From positions 1 to 64,000 of the IMG/VR virus record IMGVR_UViG_3300023313_000004: a DNA stretch of 64,000 bases, one strand, 5' to 3'. The DNA comes from a virus. Shown here in pieces: positions 1-6,817 of this stretch (position 1 is its first letter; each line of letters begins with the position of its first letter). The notes beneath the pieces are model-generated. The model did not search any database. It was not told where the DNA came from and saw only the letters and a program-made list of their open reading frames with translations. Position numbers and translations under genes: made by a program.

Positions 1-62
1 ACCTTTATACCATGCATAATTAACATCGTAGGAAAGAGAAATTTCTTTATTCCTTGTAGCAT
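1..62 (-). CDS. 5' end of a cassette-borne hypothetical protein (runs off the window edge)
   Basis: AGGAGA RBS then ATG at 62, reading MLQGIKKFLFPTMLIMHGIK..., open to position 1; lies just inside attC 89-147. Confidence 0.55.
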   Translation of the reverse strand, partial: MLQGIKKFLFPTMLIMHGIK

Positions 63-88
63 ACGTCTCTCCTATATTTTATGCTTCA

Positions 89-147
89 GTATAACAATTT
101 CATCCAATGGACTACGCTTCGCTTGCCTCTCATGCAAGCCGTTAGGC
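89..147 (+). mobile_element. attC: attC site (59 bp), integron cassette recombination site
   Basis: GTATAAC-AATTT-CATCCAAT...-GTTAGGC; R''/R' boxes, imperfect palindrome, same layout as the neighbouring sites. Confidence 0.8.
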
Positions 148-149
148 TT

Positions 150-350
150 CTAAAAAGCCCTTAATAGCTTATGGTATTTTTGAACATCCTCTTTCAATTT
201 CCATTGGGAATCCCTAACATCATGGAAGGCGTAGTATTCCATGTCTTCTATACAGTTTGCAAAGCCATCTTGGATGTCTTGATATTGCCTCTTAGCTAAA
301 CAACCGTCTGGCAGTCCTTCTACAATGTCTTTTAATGCCCTTGTTTTCAT
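150..350 (-). CDS. cassette-borne hypothetical protein
   Basis: 66-aa ORF with AAGGAG RBS, filling the space between attC 89-147 and attC 373-432. Confidence 0.7.
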   Translation of the reverse strand: MKTRALKDIVEGLPDGCLAKRQYQDIQDGFANCIEDMEYYAFHDVRDSQWKLKEDVQKYHKLLRAF

Positions 351-372
351 GTAAATTCTCCTTTACTTTCAA

Positions 373-432
373 GCCTAACAATTAAATCAAGCAGACCTTC
401 GTTCCTCGGCTGCTTATTCTGTGCCGTTAGGT
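373..432 (+). mobile_element. attC: attC site (60 bp)
   Basis: GCCTAAC AATTA AATCAAGC ...GCTTATT CTGTGCC GTTAGGT: 8-nt L'' with the extra C pairs with 7-nt L'; canonical top-strand architecture. Confidence 0.9.
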
Positions 433-774
433 GTTTAATTCTATCGTGTAAAATATATCCGCTATTGCAGGGGCATTCAGTTGCTCTTGATTGTTAGTGC
501 AGAAAATAAACATCTGAGTATTATCCGTAATAATCCGAGTAACTGCCTTTAAATTCTCTAAGGGGATTTCCCCCTCTACTAGCACTACACTTGCCGATGT
601 ATTTATCAGCGTTAGCTCAAATCTGTTATCTTCTAAAATCTGCTCCATGCTGGCATGAAGGCATTTCCCTTCGGCTTCCGCTAGTTGTTGCGCTAGCAGG
701 GTCTTGCCGCATCCTTGTTGCCCTATGATAAGTAAGGCTTTGCCCTGTTGTTTAATCATTTGTAGTAAAGTCAT
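427..774 (-). CDS. cassette-borne small P-loop NTPase-like protein
   Basis: Walker A GQQGCGKT, hydrophobic strand VVLVE as a Walker B candidate; AAGGAG RBS; stop codon lies in the attC R' box. Confidence 0.65.
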   Translation of the reverse strand: MTLLQMIKQQGKALLIIGQQGCGKTLLAQQLAEAEGKCLHASMEQILEDNRFELTLINTSASVVLVEGEIPLENLKAVTRIITDNTQMFIFCTNNQEQLNAPAIADIFYTIELNT

Positions 775-804
775 TTCATTCTCCTTAAATCCGTCTAGCT
801 ACAC

Positions 805-863
805 ACCTAACAATTTCATCAATCAGACTTCGCTACGCTCGCTGATTATTCGTGCCGTTATAA
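805..863 (+). mobile_element. attC: attC site (59 bp)
   Basis: ACCTAAC AATTT CATCAATC ...GATTATT CGTGCC GTTATAA. Confidence 0.9.
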
Positions 864-866
864 ACA

Positions 867-1046
867 TTACTGATTATGCCAAATCACAATGTCTGCTCTG
901 CACATAAATACACACCATGCTTTTCTTAATCTCCACAGGATGCCAGTCCTGCCTATGGGTCTAGCTAATACCCAGCCGCCCTTAGTTTCAGATAAACAAT
1001 CCCAATTTTTGATTTCCTCTGCTGTAAATTCGCTTACACCTTTCAT
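867..1046 (-). CDS. cassette-borne hypothetical phage protein
   Basis: GGAG RBS before ATG at 1046 (MKGVSEF...WVLARPIG...RLRKAWCVF); fills cassette 857-1073. Confidence 0.7.
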   Translation of the reverse strand: MKGVSEFTAEEIKNWDCLSETKGGWVLARPIGRTGILWRLRKAWCVFMCRADIVIWHNQ

Positions 1047-1066
1047 TTTATCTCCGTTAGCCATGC

Positions 1067-1121
1067 TTATAACAATCGCATCAAGAGGACTCTTCGAGCC
1101 TCTTACGCAGTGCCGTTAGCT
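1067..1121 (+). mobile_element. attC: attC site (55 bp)
   Basis: TTATAAC AATCG CATCAAGA GGACTCTTCGAGCC TCTTACG CAGTGCC GTTAGCT. Confidence 0.88.
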
Positions 1122-1214
1122 TTTTAATAATCTTTCACTGCAAGCTTGTACTACAGGTATAGCAACAGTGTCCCCAATCAAGTCATATAATTTAGGTTTT
1201 TCAATATTTATCAT
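1116..1214 (-). pseudogene. 32-aa remnant resembling the C-terminus (motif X) of a C5 DNA methyltransferase
   Basis: MINIEKPKLYDLIGDTVAIPVVQACSERLLKS*, similar to the Y..IGN.V.IPV motif X; ends in the attC R' box. Confidence 0.45.
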
Positions 1215-1219
1215 GTATA

Positions 1220-1519
1220 TTACTCCTTGGGGCAAAGCATATCATTAAGTTGAACTGCCTCTTGCGCTGCAATACCTATTTGTTTTCGCATACACACATG
1301 AATAGCTGAAACAACCCTGCGCTTTTCTTTCATGCTCAAGACCGAGCGGTCATGCCCTGTTAATTTTATGTACGATGTGCCACTAGCTGTCCAAATAGAT
1401 ATGCTTGGATTAGCTTTAAGCACAAAGCAATACTCATTTTGAACCCATAGCTTAGGATTGTCTTCTATAGCTTTAGCTAACTGCTCTATATCATCCCCAA
1501 TCTTATTCATAAACCACAT
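1220..1519 (-). CDS. hypothetical protein (decayed cassette)
   Basis: ORF track 1220..1555; AAGGAG RBS favours the ATG at 1519; half attC at its 5' end. Confidence 0.65.
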   Translation of the reverse strand: MWFMNKIGDDIEQLAKAIEDNPKLWVQNEYCFVLKANPSISIWTASGTSYIKLTGHDRSVLSMKEKRRVVSAIHVCMRKQIGIAAQEAVQLNDMLCPKE

Positions 1520-1537
1520 AGCCCATCTCCTTATTTT

Positions 1538-1559
1538 GCCTAACAATTTCATCAATCAG
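1538..1559 (+). mobile_element. truncated attC (R''-L'' half only)
   Basis: GCCTAACAATTTCATCAATCAG, nearly identical to the left half of attC 805-863; right half missing. Confidence 0.7.
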
Positions 1560-1578
1560 TAATCGTGGGGGGGTTTTT

Positions 1579-2583
1579 TCATTTAGGTAACTGGAGACGT
1601 ATCTCTTCCGCCAGTAGCTCCGCTAGCCTTGGGGGTACTGCATTCCCCACCATTTTATACCCAGCCAATACATTAGTGTATTTAAACTCAAAATCGTCAG
1701 GAAAAGTTTGTATCCTCGCACATTCCCGTACAGATAACCTTCTGTAAAGATGCTCCGCGCCCTTTTGAAACACATGGGCATCCTTTCCTACCCTTGGCAT
1801 AGGTGGTGCCTGTGGGTGTAAAGGTACTTGCCTCCCCCCTGCTTGTATAGTGAAGGATGGTTCTGCCCAAGACCTAACCCTATTTCTTGACATGAAGATA
1901 GGAGACCACCCTGACACCAGATACTCATGGTTTAGGGTTGAGGGCTGTGCCCTTATAGAGGGGGTGCTTGAAGGAGCTGGGCAGGCACTCCCTTCTAGGT
2001 CAGATATAGCATCTTGCAGGGTTAAGGATCTTTCTTTGTGGGTAGGGGCAGGAAAAACAAAAGTCGTCCCTAAATCCTCGCGCACCCCCACGAAAAAGAC
2101 TCTTTTTCTTGATTGGGGCACTCCATAGTCTTTTGCATCTAAGAGCTTAAAGGATAACCTGTACCCACACCCTCGAAGAAGCACTTTGATACATTCTAGG
2201 GCCTCGCTATTCCTATTGCTTAACATCCCCGATACATTCTCAGCTAAGAAAAACTTGGGTTGCTTCTCCTTAATCACTTTGATGAAATCGAAGAATAACT
2301 GACCTCTTTTATCGTCCAGCCCTCGTAAAGCCCCTGCCTCACTCCAGCTTTGGCAAGGTGGTCCTCCTATAACACCATCACAAGAGGGTATCTCCTCTGG
2401 GCATATAGACGTGATGCTTTTTGTATTGAGGGTTGTGCCCTTATGATTATGCCTAAAGGTATCTGCTATAGTCTTATCATTTTCATTCGCCCAGATAATA
2501 TCAAACCCAGCATTTCTAAACCCTAGGTCAAGCCCCCCTGCCCCAGAGAACAAGGACACCACTCTTAATAACTCTTTTTCCAT
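1579..2583 (-). CDS. DNA cytosine-C5 methyltransferase, M.HaeIII family (probably GGCC)
   Basis: FSGAGG, GGPPCQSWSEAG, ENV, QSRKR, IFMSRNRVRSW.EP.FTIQA.GRQ..LHPQAP target-recognition region, RRLSVRECARIQTFPD, GNAVPP; co-linear with M.HaeIII. Confidence 0.95.
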   Translation of the reverse strand: MEKELLRVVSLFSGAGGLDLGFRNAGFDIIWANENDKTIADTFRHNHKGTTLNTKSITSICPEEIPSCDGVIGGPPCQSWSEAGALRGLDDKRGQLFFDFIKVIKEKQPKFFLAENVSGMLSNRNSEALECIKVLLRGCGYRLSFKLLDAKDYGVPQSRKRVFFVGVREDLGTTFVFPAPTHKERSLTLQDAISDLEGSACPAPSSTPSIRAQPSTLNHEYLVSGWSPIFMSRNRVRSWAEPSFTIQAGGRQVPLHPQAPPMPRVGKDAHVFQKGAEHLYRRLSVRECARIQTFPDDFEFKYTNVLAGYKMVGNAVPPRLAELLAEEIRLQLPK

Positions 2584-2775
2584 AGTGCCTCCAAAAGGTA
2601 CGATACTACTACTGCTACAACTACTCTACGGGTCGTGCCTGTTGAGTCAGCACCTCGTTAGCCTTTTTTAGGCTCTCCAGCTCCAACTCCAGTTTCTCAA
2701 CCCTGTCTGCATAGGCATTTACTAAGCGGGATAGTTCACTACCTGTATCCCCTTGCCTCATCAAAGCACTTAGCT

Positions 2776-3555
2776 TCATCTCGAACCCCCCAATAGTACA
2801 TGCTGTAGGATACTGTGGCCTATAACCTCAGCTATTTGAGGCATGATACTATTCCCTATTTGTTTTAGCCTATCTCTGTCCAGTCGCCGCTGTACCCCAT
2901 CATTAACTCTGCGAACACTGGATTTAACCTGTGTGGGTCGCCCCCCTCCGCTGTCTCGCACTTCCACGTTTTCTGATGTAAATTTTTCAGCACCGTTCCA
3001 CGCAAATAGCATTTCTTTACATCTCTTGGTGTCCCACACCCCAAGGACTTCATATTGGGGTGGTTGCTGTCGCTCACGTTGGGGGTAGGCAATAATCCAA
3101 ATCCTTTCTCTTTTGTGTGGTGCACCAACGGAGGAAGCTGGGATAATGTGCCACTCCGCATCATACCCGATTTCCCATAAATCTTTGAGGACTCGTTCAA
3201 GTCCGTTATTTCGCAGGTTTGCCACATTCTCGATAATTGCATATTTAGGTTTAATCTCCTTTATCAGCCTATGGAACTCACTCCATAAACCACTCCTACT
3301 GCCTTCTTTTACTCCTGCGCCTTTACCTGCAACACTTATATCTTGGCAAGGGAAACCCCCACATATAACGTCAGCAGGTGCGCCCACCATCGTTGTTACG
3401 TCCCCATGGATGGGGGTGTGCTCCCAATGTTTTGATAAAACACGTTGGCATTGCTCGTCCACCTCGCAGAACTGTATAGTCTTAAACCCCCCTGTGCGTT
3501 CTAACCCCAGACTGAATCCGCCTATTCCGCTAAATAAATCAAGTACCGTAAGCAT
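2776..3555 (-). CDS. DNA cytosine-C5 methyltransferase, alpha-type chain (motifs I-VIII and X, no motif IX in this frame)
   Basis: LDLFSGIGG, GGFPCQD, ENV, APHKRERIW, RLKQIGNSIMPQ. Confidence 0.92.
   Translation of the reverse strand: MLTVLDLFSGIGGFSLGLERTGGFKTIQFCEVDEQCQRVLSKHWEHTPIHGDVTTMVGAPADVICGGFPCQDISVAGKGAGVKEGSRSGLWSEFHRLIKEIKPKYAIIENVANLRNNGLERVLKDLWEIGYDAEWHIIPASSVGAPHKRERIWIIAYPQRERQQPPQYEVLGVWDTKRCKEMLFAWNGAEKFTSENVEVRDSGGGRPTQVKSSVRRVNDGVQRRLDRDRLKQIGNSIMPQIAEVIGHSILQHVLLGGSR
2865..3242 (-). CDS. nested alternative-frame ORF, putative beta subunit of the C5 methyltransferase (motif IX)
   Basis: Same strand, shifted frame; LLPTPNVSD and RLNPVFAELMMGYSGDWT (motif IX-like); arrangement as in M.EcoHK31I; start codon uncertain. 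Confidence 0.6.
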   Translation of the reverse strand: MQLSRMWQTCEITDLNESSKIYGKSGMMRSGTLSQLPPLVHHTKEKGFGLLPTPNVSDSNHPNMKSLGCGTPRDVKKCYLRGTVLKNLHQKTWKCETAEGGDPHRLNPVFAELMMGYSGDWTEIG

Positions 3556-3588
3556 ATTATATCTCCTGTGTTGTTTCAGACTAATAAT
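3556..3588. repeat. 33-bp direct repeat copy 1 (RBS leader plus decayed attC R'')
   Basis: ATTATATCTCCTGTGTTGTTTCAGACTAATAAT, identical to 4375-4407. Confidence 0.9.
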
Positions 3589-3605
3589 TTCATTGATTCG
3601 TGGGG

Positions 3606-4376
3606 CTAGGCTTCTAGGAAGCAGCCGCAGCCTCCTATGTCGAACTTATCAATATTCAAAACCCCTGTTTCTACTCCCATCCTAAACTCTTTTAATGAGT
3701 AGTAAAAAAGCTTCTTATTTCTTGTAACTCTCAAAAAGGGGTGTCTCTTGCCTAGTGTTTCAAATAACCTCTCTTGCGCTATTTCAGACTCTTTATACTT
3801 CTCAGGGAAGTGTTTTAATACTTTAGCCCACTGCCCTTGACCTGCTTTGACACATGCCCCGTGGCAGTTGTTGTGGCTAAACCCTAATTGATATAGTAAT
3901 GGTATCGGTAATCCATCGTCCTCCACTATCTTCAACATATCTTTTTTGCTTAGATAAGGTTCTTCGCATAATGGGGCTTCTACCTTGTGTGTCACATGCT
4001 TCCTATGCGTCTCTAACCTGTGGCTCTCTGTCCAATCAATACCAAGATATATTGTAGGGCACTCTCCACCCTCGGCATCCAACCACTTAGCAAACACATC
4101 ACTTTTTAGCGTGGTTGAGCAGTGTGCCACCCTAGAGTTCCCTGCGTATTTTTTGTCCTCAAACACCTCCCATATACCTCGCCCATCACTAATCTTTATA
4201 AGGGGTACACCCAACACTTTCGCTGCTGAGTCTATGAAAGAATACAGGTCGGGGTGTTCTCCCTTAGTGTCTGTAAAGACTAAAACTGTATTCTCTGTGC
4301 CGTGGGCTTCGACTACGCGCTTCGCAGCAACGTAGCTGCCAATACCCCCAGAGAAACTAACTATATGTTTACTCAT
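3606..4376 (-). CDS. PAPS-reductase-like adenine nucleotide alpha hydrolase (PP-loop) family protein
   Basis: VSFSGGIGS PP-loop, FTDT..E, CS..LK, GF.HNNC.G.CVKAG, C-terminal GGCGCF. Confidence 0.8.
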   Translation of the reverse strand: MSKHIVSFSGGIGSYVAAKRVVEAHGTENTVLVFTDTKGEHPDLYSFIDSAAKVLGVPLIKISDGRGIWEVFEDKKYAGNSRVAHCSTTLKSDVFAKWLDAEGGECPTIYLGIDWTESHRLETHRKHVTHKVEAPLCEEPYLSKKDMLKIVEDDGLPIPLLYQLGFSHNNCHGACVKAGQGQWAKVLKHFPEKYKESEIAQERLFETLGKRHPFLRVTRNKKLFYYSLKEFRMGVETGVLNIDKFDIGGCGCFLEA

Positions 4377-4407
4377 TATATCTCCTGTGTTGTTTCAGAC
4401 TAATAAT
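4375..4407. repeat. 33-bp direct repeat copy 2
   Basis: identical to 3556-3588. Confidence 0.9.
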
Positions 4408-4533
4408 CGCTTGTCACGAGCGAAAGCAGGTATGTGTAGTTAAACGCTACGTCCTGCCTAGGGTTATGCGCTTGACTAGCATCCCTTCGCTAATTCACTC
4501 TACAAGCACTACATGGCTAATGCAGCATGTTAA

Positions 4534-4609
4534 GCCTAACAATCTTATCAAGCAGTATAAGTTACTGGTTACGTTATCCAGTGCAGCATTATCGTAGCTG
4601 CCGTTATTC
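4534..4609 (+). mobile_element. degenerate attC-like site
   Basis: GCCTAAC AATCT TATCAAGC ... TGCC GTTATTC; left boxes canonical, L' imperfect. Confidence 0.55.
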
Positions 4610-4945
4610 GACCGAGAACTCCCAATCCATTACACGCTACTGCCAGTTCAAATTGGTAGGCTGCCTTTCAATGCGTAGCACATCACTCGATTTTGTATTT
4701 CTACTGGCTCTTGAAACCTGCCTTTTTGATTATGCTATTAGACAAATAGCACACCCGTAACGGTGGGTGATACCAGTTGTCCGCTATTTATCACGGACTG
4801 ATTTAACCCCATCAGCCGATAAAGGCTACGGTCAAATCTTAGGGTTCGCCACCCATATCTCCCTGCTTGTGCACGTCTACACATATCACACGTCATTTCG
4901 TGTTCATCGTTTAAGCATCGTTGAGAGGCTTAGGGGAGTATTATT
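4610..4945. ncRNA. putative structured non-coding RNA in an ORF-less cassette
   Basis: No credible - strand ORF; tandem hairpins e.g. TGCTATT/AATAGCA, CACCC/GGGTG, GTCCG/CGGAC, CTGAT/ATCAG, ACACG/CGTGT. Confidence 0.35.
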
Positions 4946-4951
4946 TTTTAC

Positions 4952-5004
4952 TTATAACCTGCATAAAGAGGACTCATCGAACCTCTTACGCTGTGCCGTT
5001 ATAT
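4952..5004 (+). mobile_element. degenerate attC, homologous to attC 1067-1121
   Basis: TTATAAC CTG CATAAAGA GGACTCATCGAACC TCTTACG CTGTGCC GTTATAT; shortened spacer, extra C of L'' mutated. Confidence 0.75.
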
Positions 5005-5012
5005 TTCTAAAC

Positions 5013-5225
5013 TTACTGCCTTAACATACCCCTCTGCCTCACTGTCTTAGAAGGGTAAAACAGGCACGAACTACATACCCCTTTACCTGCTATAGCTATT
5101 CTGTGAAGTACCGCTGATTTACCGCGTCTCCACACATTAGGTAATCTAACTAATAGCCTACCTCTATAGCTCCATGATGCAGTGGTGGTAGTCATCCAAT
5201 GCCTCTCATGAGGTAATAATCTCAT
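5013..5225 (-). CDS. hypothetical protein (decayed cassette)
   Basis: 70 aa, AAGGAGG RBS; between attC 4952-5004 and a half site at about 5240. Confidence 0.5.
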   Translation of the reverse strand: MRLLPHERHWMTTTTASWSYRGRLLVRLPNVWRRGKSAVLHRIAIAGKGVCSSCLFYPSKTVRQRGMLRQ

Positions 5226-5234
5226 TCCACCCTC

Positions 5235-5271
5235 CTTCAGTACAACAATGTCCCCCCAACCAGACTTCGCT
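5235..5271 (+). mobile_element. decayed half attC
   Basis: CTTCAGTACAACAAT matches CTTCAGTATAACAAT at attC 89; CAGACTTCGCT matches attC 805. Confidence 0.5.
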
Positions 5272-5615
5272 TATAGGGGGTATTCAGCTCTCTTCTCAAA
5301 CCCTTCAGACACTAACAACTCAGATAGTGTTTTCACTCTATCTTGTAAGAGCACCGTAGCTATCCAACGACCATACTTCCCTGATTTCTCAGTTAGGATT
5401 GTAACTTCCTTGCCTTCTATCAAGTCTATAACCCTGTTCTTAGCCAGAATACCATGCTTACGTTCCGCCTCAGTCTTTGGTCGCCAAGTCTCTGGGGTGT
5501 CTATCCCCCTAAGCCTAAACCGTATTGCCGCAGTCATATGAAACCCTAGGTCTACCTTTGCATCAAACGTATCCCCATCTACCACTCTTGTAACCAATAC
5601 TCTATACCTATACAT
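5271..5615 (-). CDS. thermonuclease (staphylococcal nuclease-like)
   Basis: RVVDGDT, RLRGIDTPE, GKYGRWIA; start MYRY after GGAGG. Confidence 0.9.
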   Translation of the reverse strand: MYRYRVLVTRVVDGDTFDAKVDLGFHMTAAIRFRLRGIDTPETWRPKTEAERKHGILAKNRVIDLIEGKEVTILTEKSGKYGRWIATVLLQDRVKTLSELLVSEGFEKRAEYPL

Positions 5616-5834
5616 CCCTCTACCTCCTGTATGCAATAACAACTCTTAATATCTCTTCAGCGTATCTAACCGCCCCATCTCTTCCAACATCCCAACATTC
5701 TGCCTCTTATTCCTGTCCACCTTCATCTGGAGGGTGTACCACCTAGTAGTGGCTGCATCTATCTTATGGTCACTCTCTGGGCGGAGTGTATTCCCCTGAC
5801 CCAACTCTTTAGCTGTCATGCCCCAGAACCGTGC

Positions 5835-6038
5835 CTAGCGTAATACTCCTTCGACCTTGCCAAGGACAGTCTCCTGAGCTCTATCAGCAGTTTGTGCTTC
5901 TCTATCATTAACGCTGTCACCTTCATAACCCTTACCCTTGTTACTCAATTCTCTTAATTCCCTTTCCAGAAGGGTAATCTTACGCTCATATTGCGCTATC
6001 TTCCCTAGAAGTACAGCCCTTTCCTCTACTACCCTCAT
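5835..6038 (-). CDS. hypothetical coiled-coil protein
   Basis: GGAGG RBS, 67 aa. Confidence 0.5.
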   Translation of the reverse strand: MRVVEERAVLLGKIAQYERKITLLERELRELSNKGKGYEGDSVNDREAQTADRAQETVLGKVEGVLR

Positions 6039-6052
6039 AACCCCAAACCCTC

Positions 6053-6343
6053 CTAAAACTGCCTAATAATATATGTGCCCACCTCAGGCACTGGTATCAC
6101 CTGTGTCCACAGCTCCAAGTCCCCAAGAGACGCGATAGCATCATAATCCCTAATAAAAGCCTCTAACGTATCCTCTCTATACTCACAACAAATAGAGACA
6201 CCATCAAACTCCTGCCCCTTACCTTCTTCCTCTTCCGTCAGGTACTCAAACAATGCCCTTCGCCCCTCAACACTGAAAGACTCCTCTCTGTCCATATCCC
6301 TAAACCACTGCACAAACATGCTCTCTGTCAACTCTATATACAT
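6053..6343 (-). CDS. hypothetical phage protein
   Basis: acidic 96 aa with F...F....R...FS.EG..ALFEYL and ICCEY.E pattern; AAGGAGG RBS. Confidence 0.7.
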   Translation of the reverse strand: MYIELTESMFVQWFRDMDREESFSVEGRRALFEYLTEEEEGKGQEFDGVSICCEYREDTLEAFIRDYDAIASLGDLELWTQVIPVPEVGTYIIRQF

Positions 6344-6376
6344 ACCCTAACCTCCTTTTCTTATTGTCATATACCG

Positions 6377-6586
6377 TTATATTTCTAAGCTGTCTTGTTC
6401 TTCTTCACTTAATGCTAGGAACCTGTCTATCATCTTATAAAACTTCTGCCCGACCCTCTCTCTTGGCTCAAAGTTCTTTTTCACAGGGTGCGGTGGTGTC
6501 ATCCTGTTTCTTGAATACTCAAACATCCACCCTTCATACTCATAGAAGGTAGGCATAGATATATGTATTAGGTTAAATTCACTCAT
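6377..6586 (-). CDS. hypothetical protein
   Basis: ATGA overlap with upstream gene; ends in CCGTTATATTTCTAA, the same 15-mer as the R' end of attC 4952-5004. Confidence 0.6.
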   Translation of the reverse strand: MSEFNLIHISMPTFYEYEGWMFEYSRNRMTPPHPVKKNFEPRERVGQKFYKMIDRFLALSEEEQDSLEI

Positions 6587-6795
6587 TGCACCTCCTTAAT
6601 ATAAACCCATAACGGGGAGTATTTACTAGTGTAATTTTTACTTGTCTTGTAATAAAGCCTTAAATGCCTGCCACTGGTCTTACCCGATTTCATGTATTTA
6701 TCTGCTTGAATAAGAGCACTCTCAAAAGCTCTATCCACAAAGAAACGTACGCCACCTCCGTTCATATCCACTATTTTACATTTTTGTTCTGACAT
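6583..6795 (-). CDS. hypothetical protein
   Basis: AGGAGG RBS; L''-like remnant ATTTCATCAATCAG at 6808-6821. Confidence 0.6.
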   Translation of the reverse strand: MSEQKCKIVDMNGGGVRFFVDRAFESALIQADKYMKSGKTSGRHLRLYYKTSKNYTSKYSPLWVYIKEVQ

Positions 6796-6817
6796 ACACC
6801 CTCCTATATTTCATCAA

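Noticed and set aside
89-1121. CRISPR array or simple terminators/REP elements
   Set aside because: Repeats are non-identical, spaced 200-370 bp by whole ORFs, lack U tracts and show attC box architecture with core-site complementarity.
1475-1481. AGCTAAC as the R'' partner of GTTAGCT at 1115
   Set aside because: Lies inside a coding region and is not followed by L''/L' boxes; probably chance.
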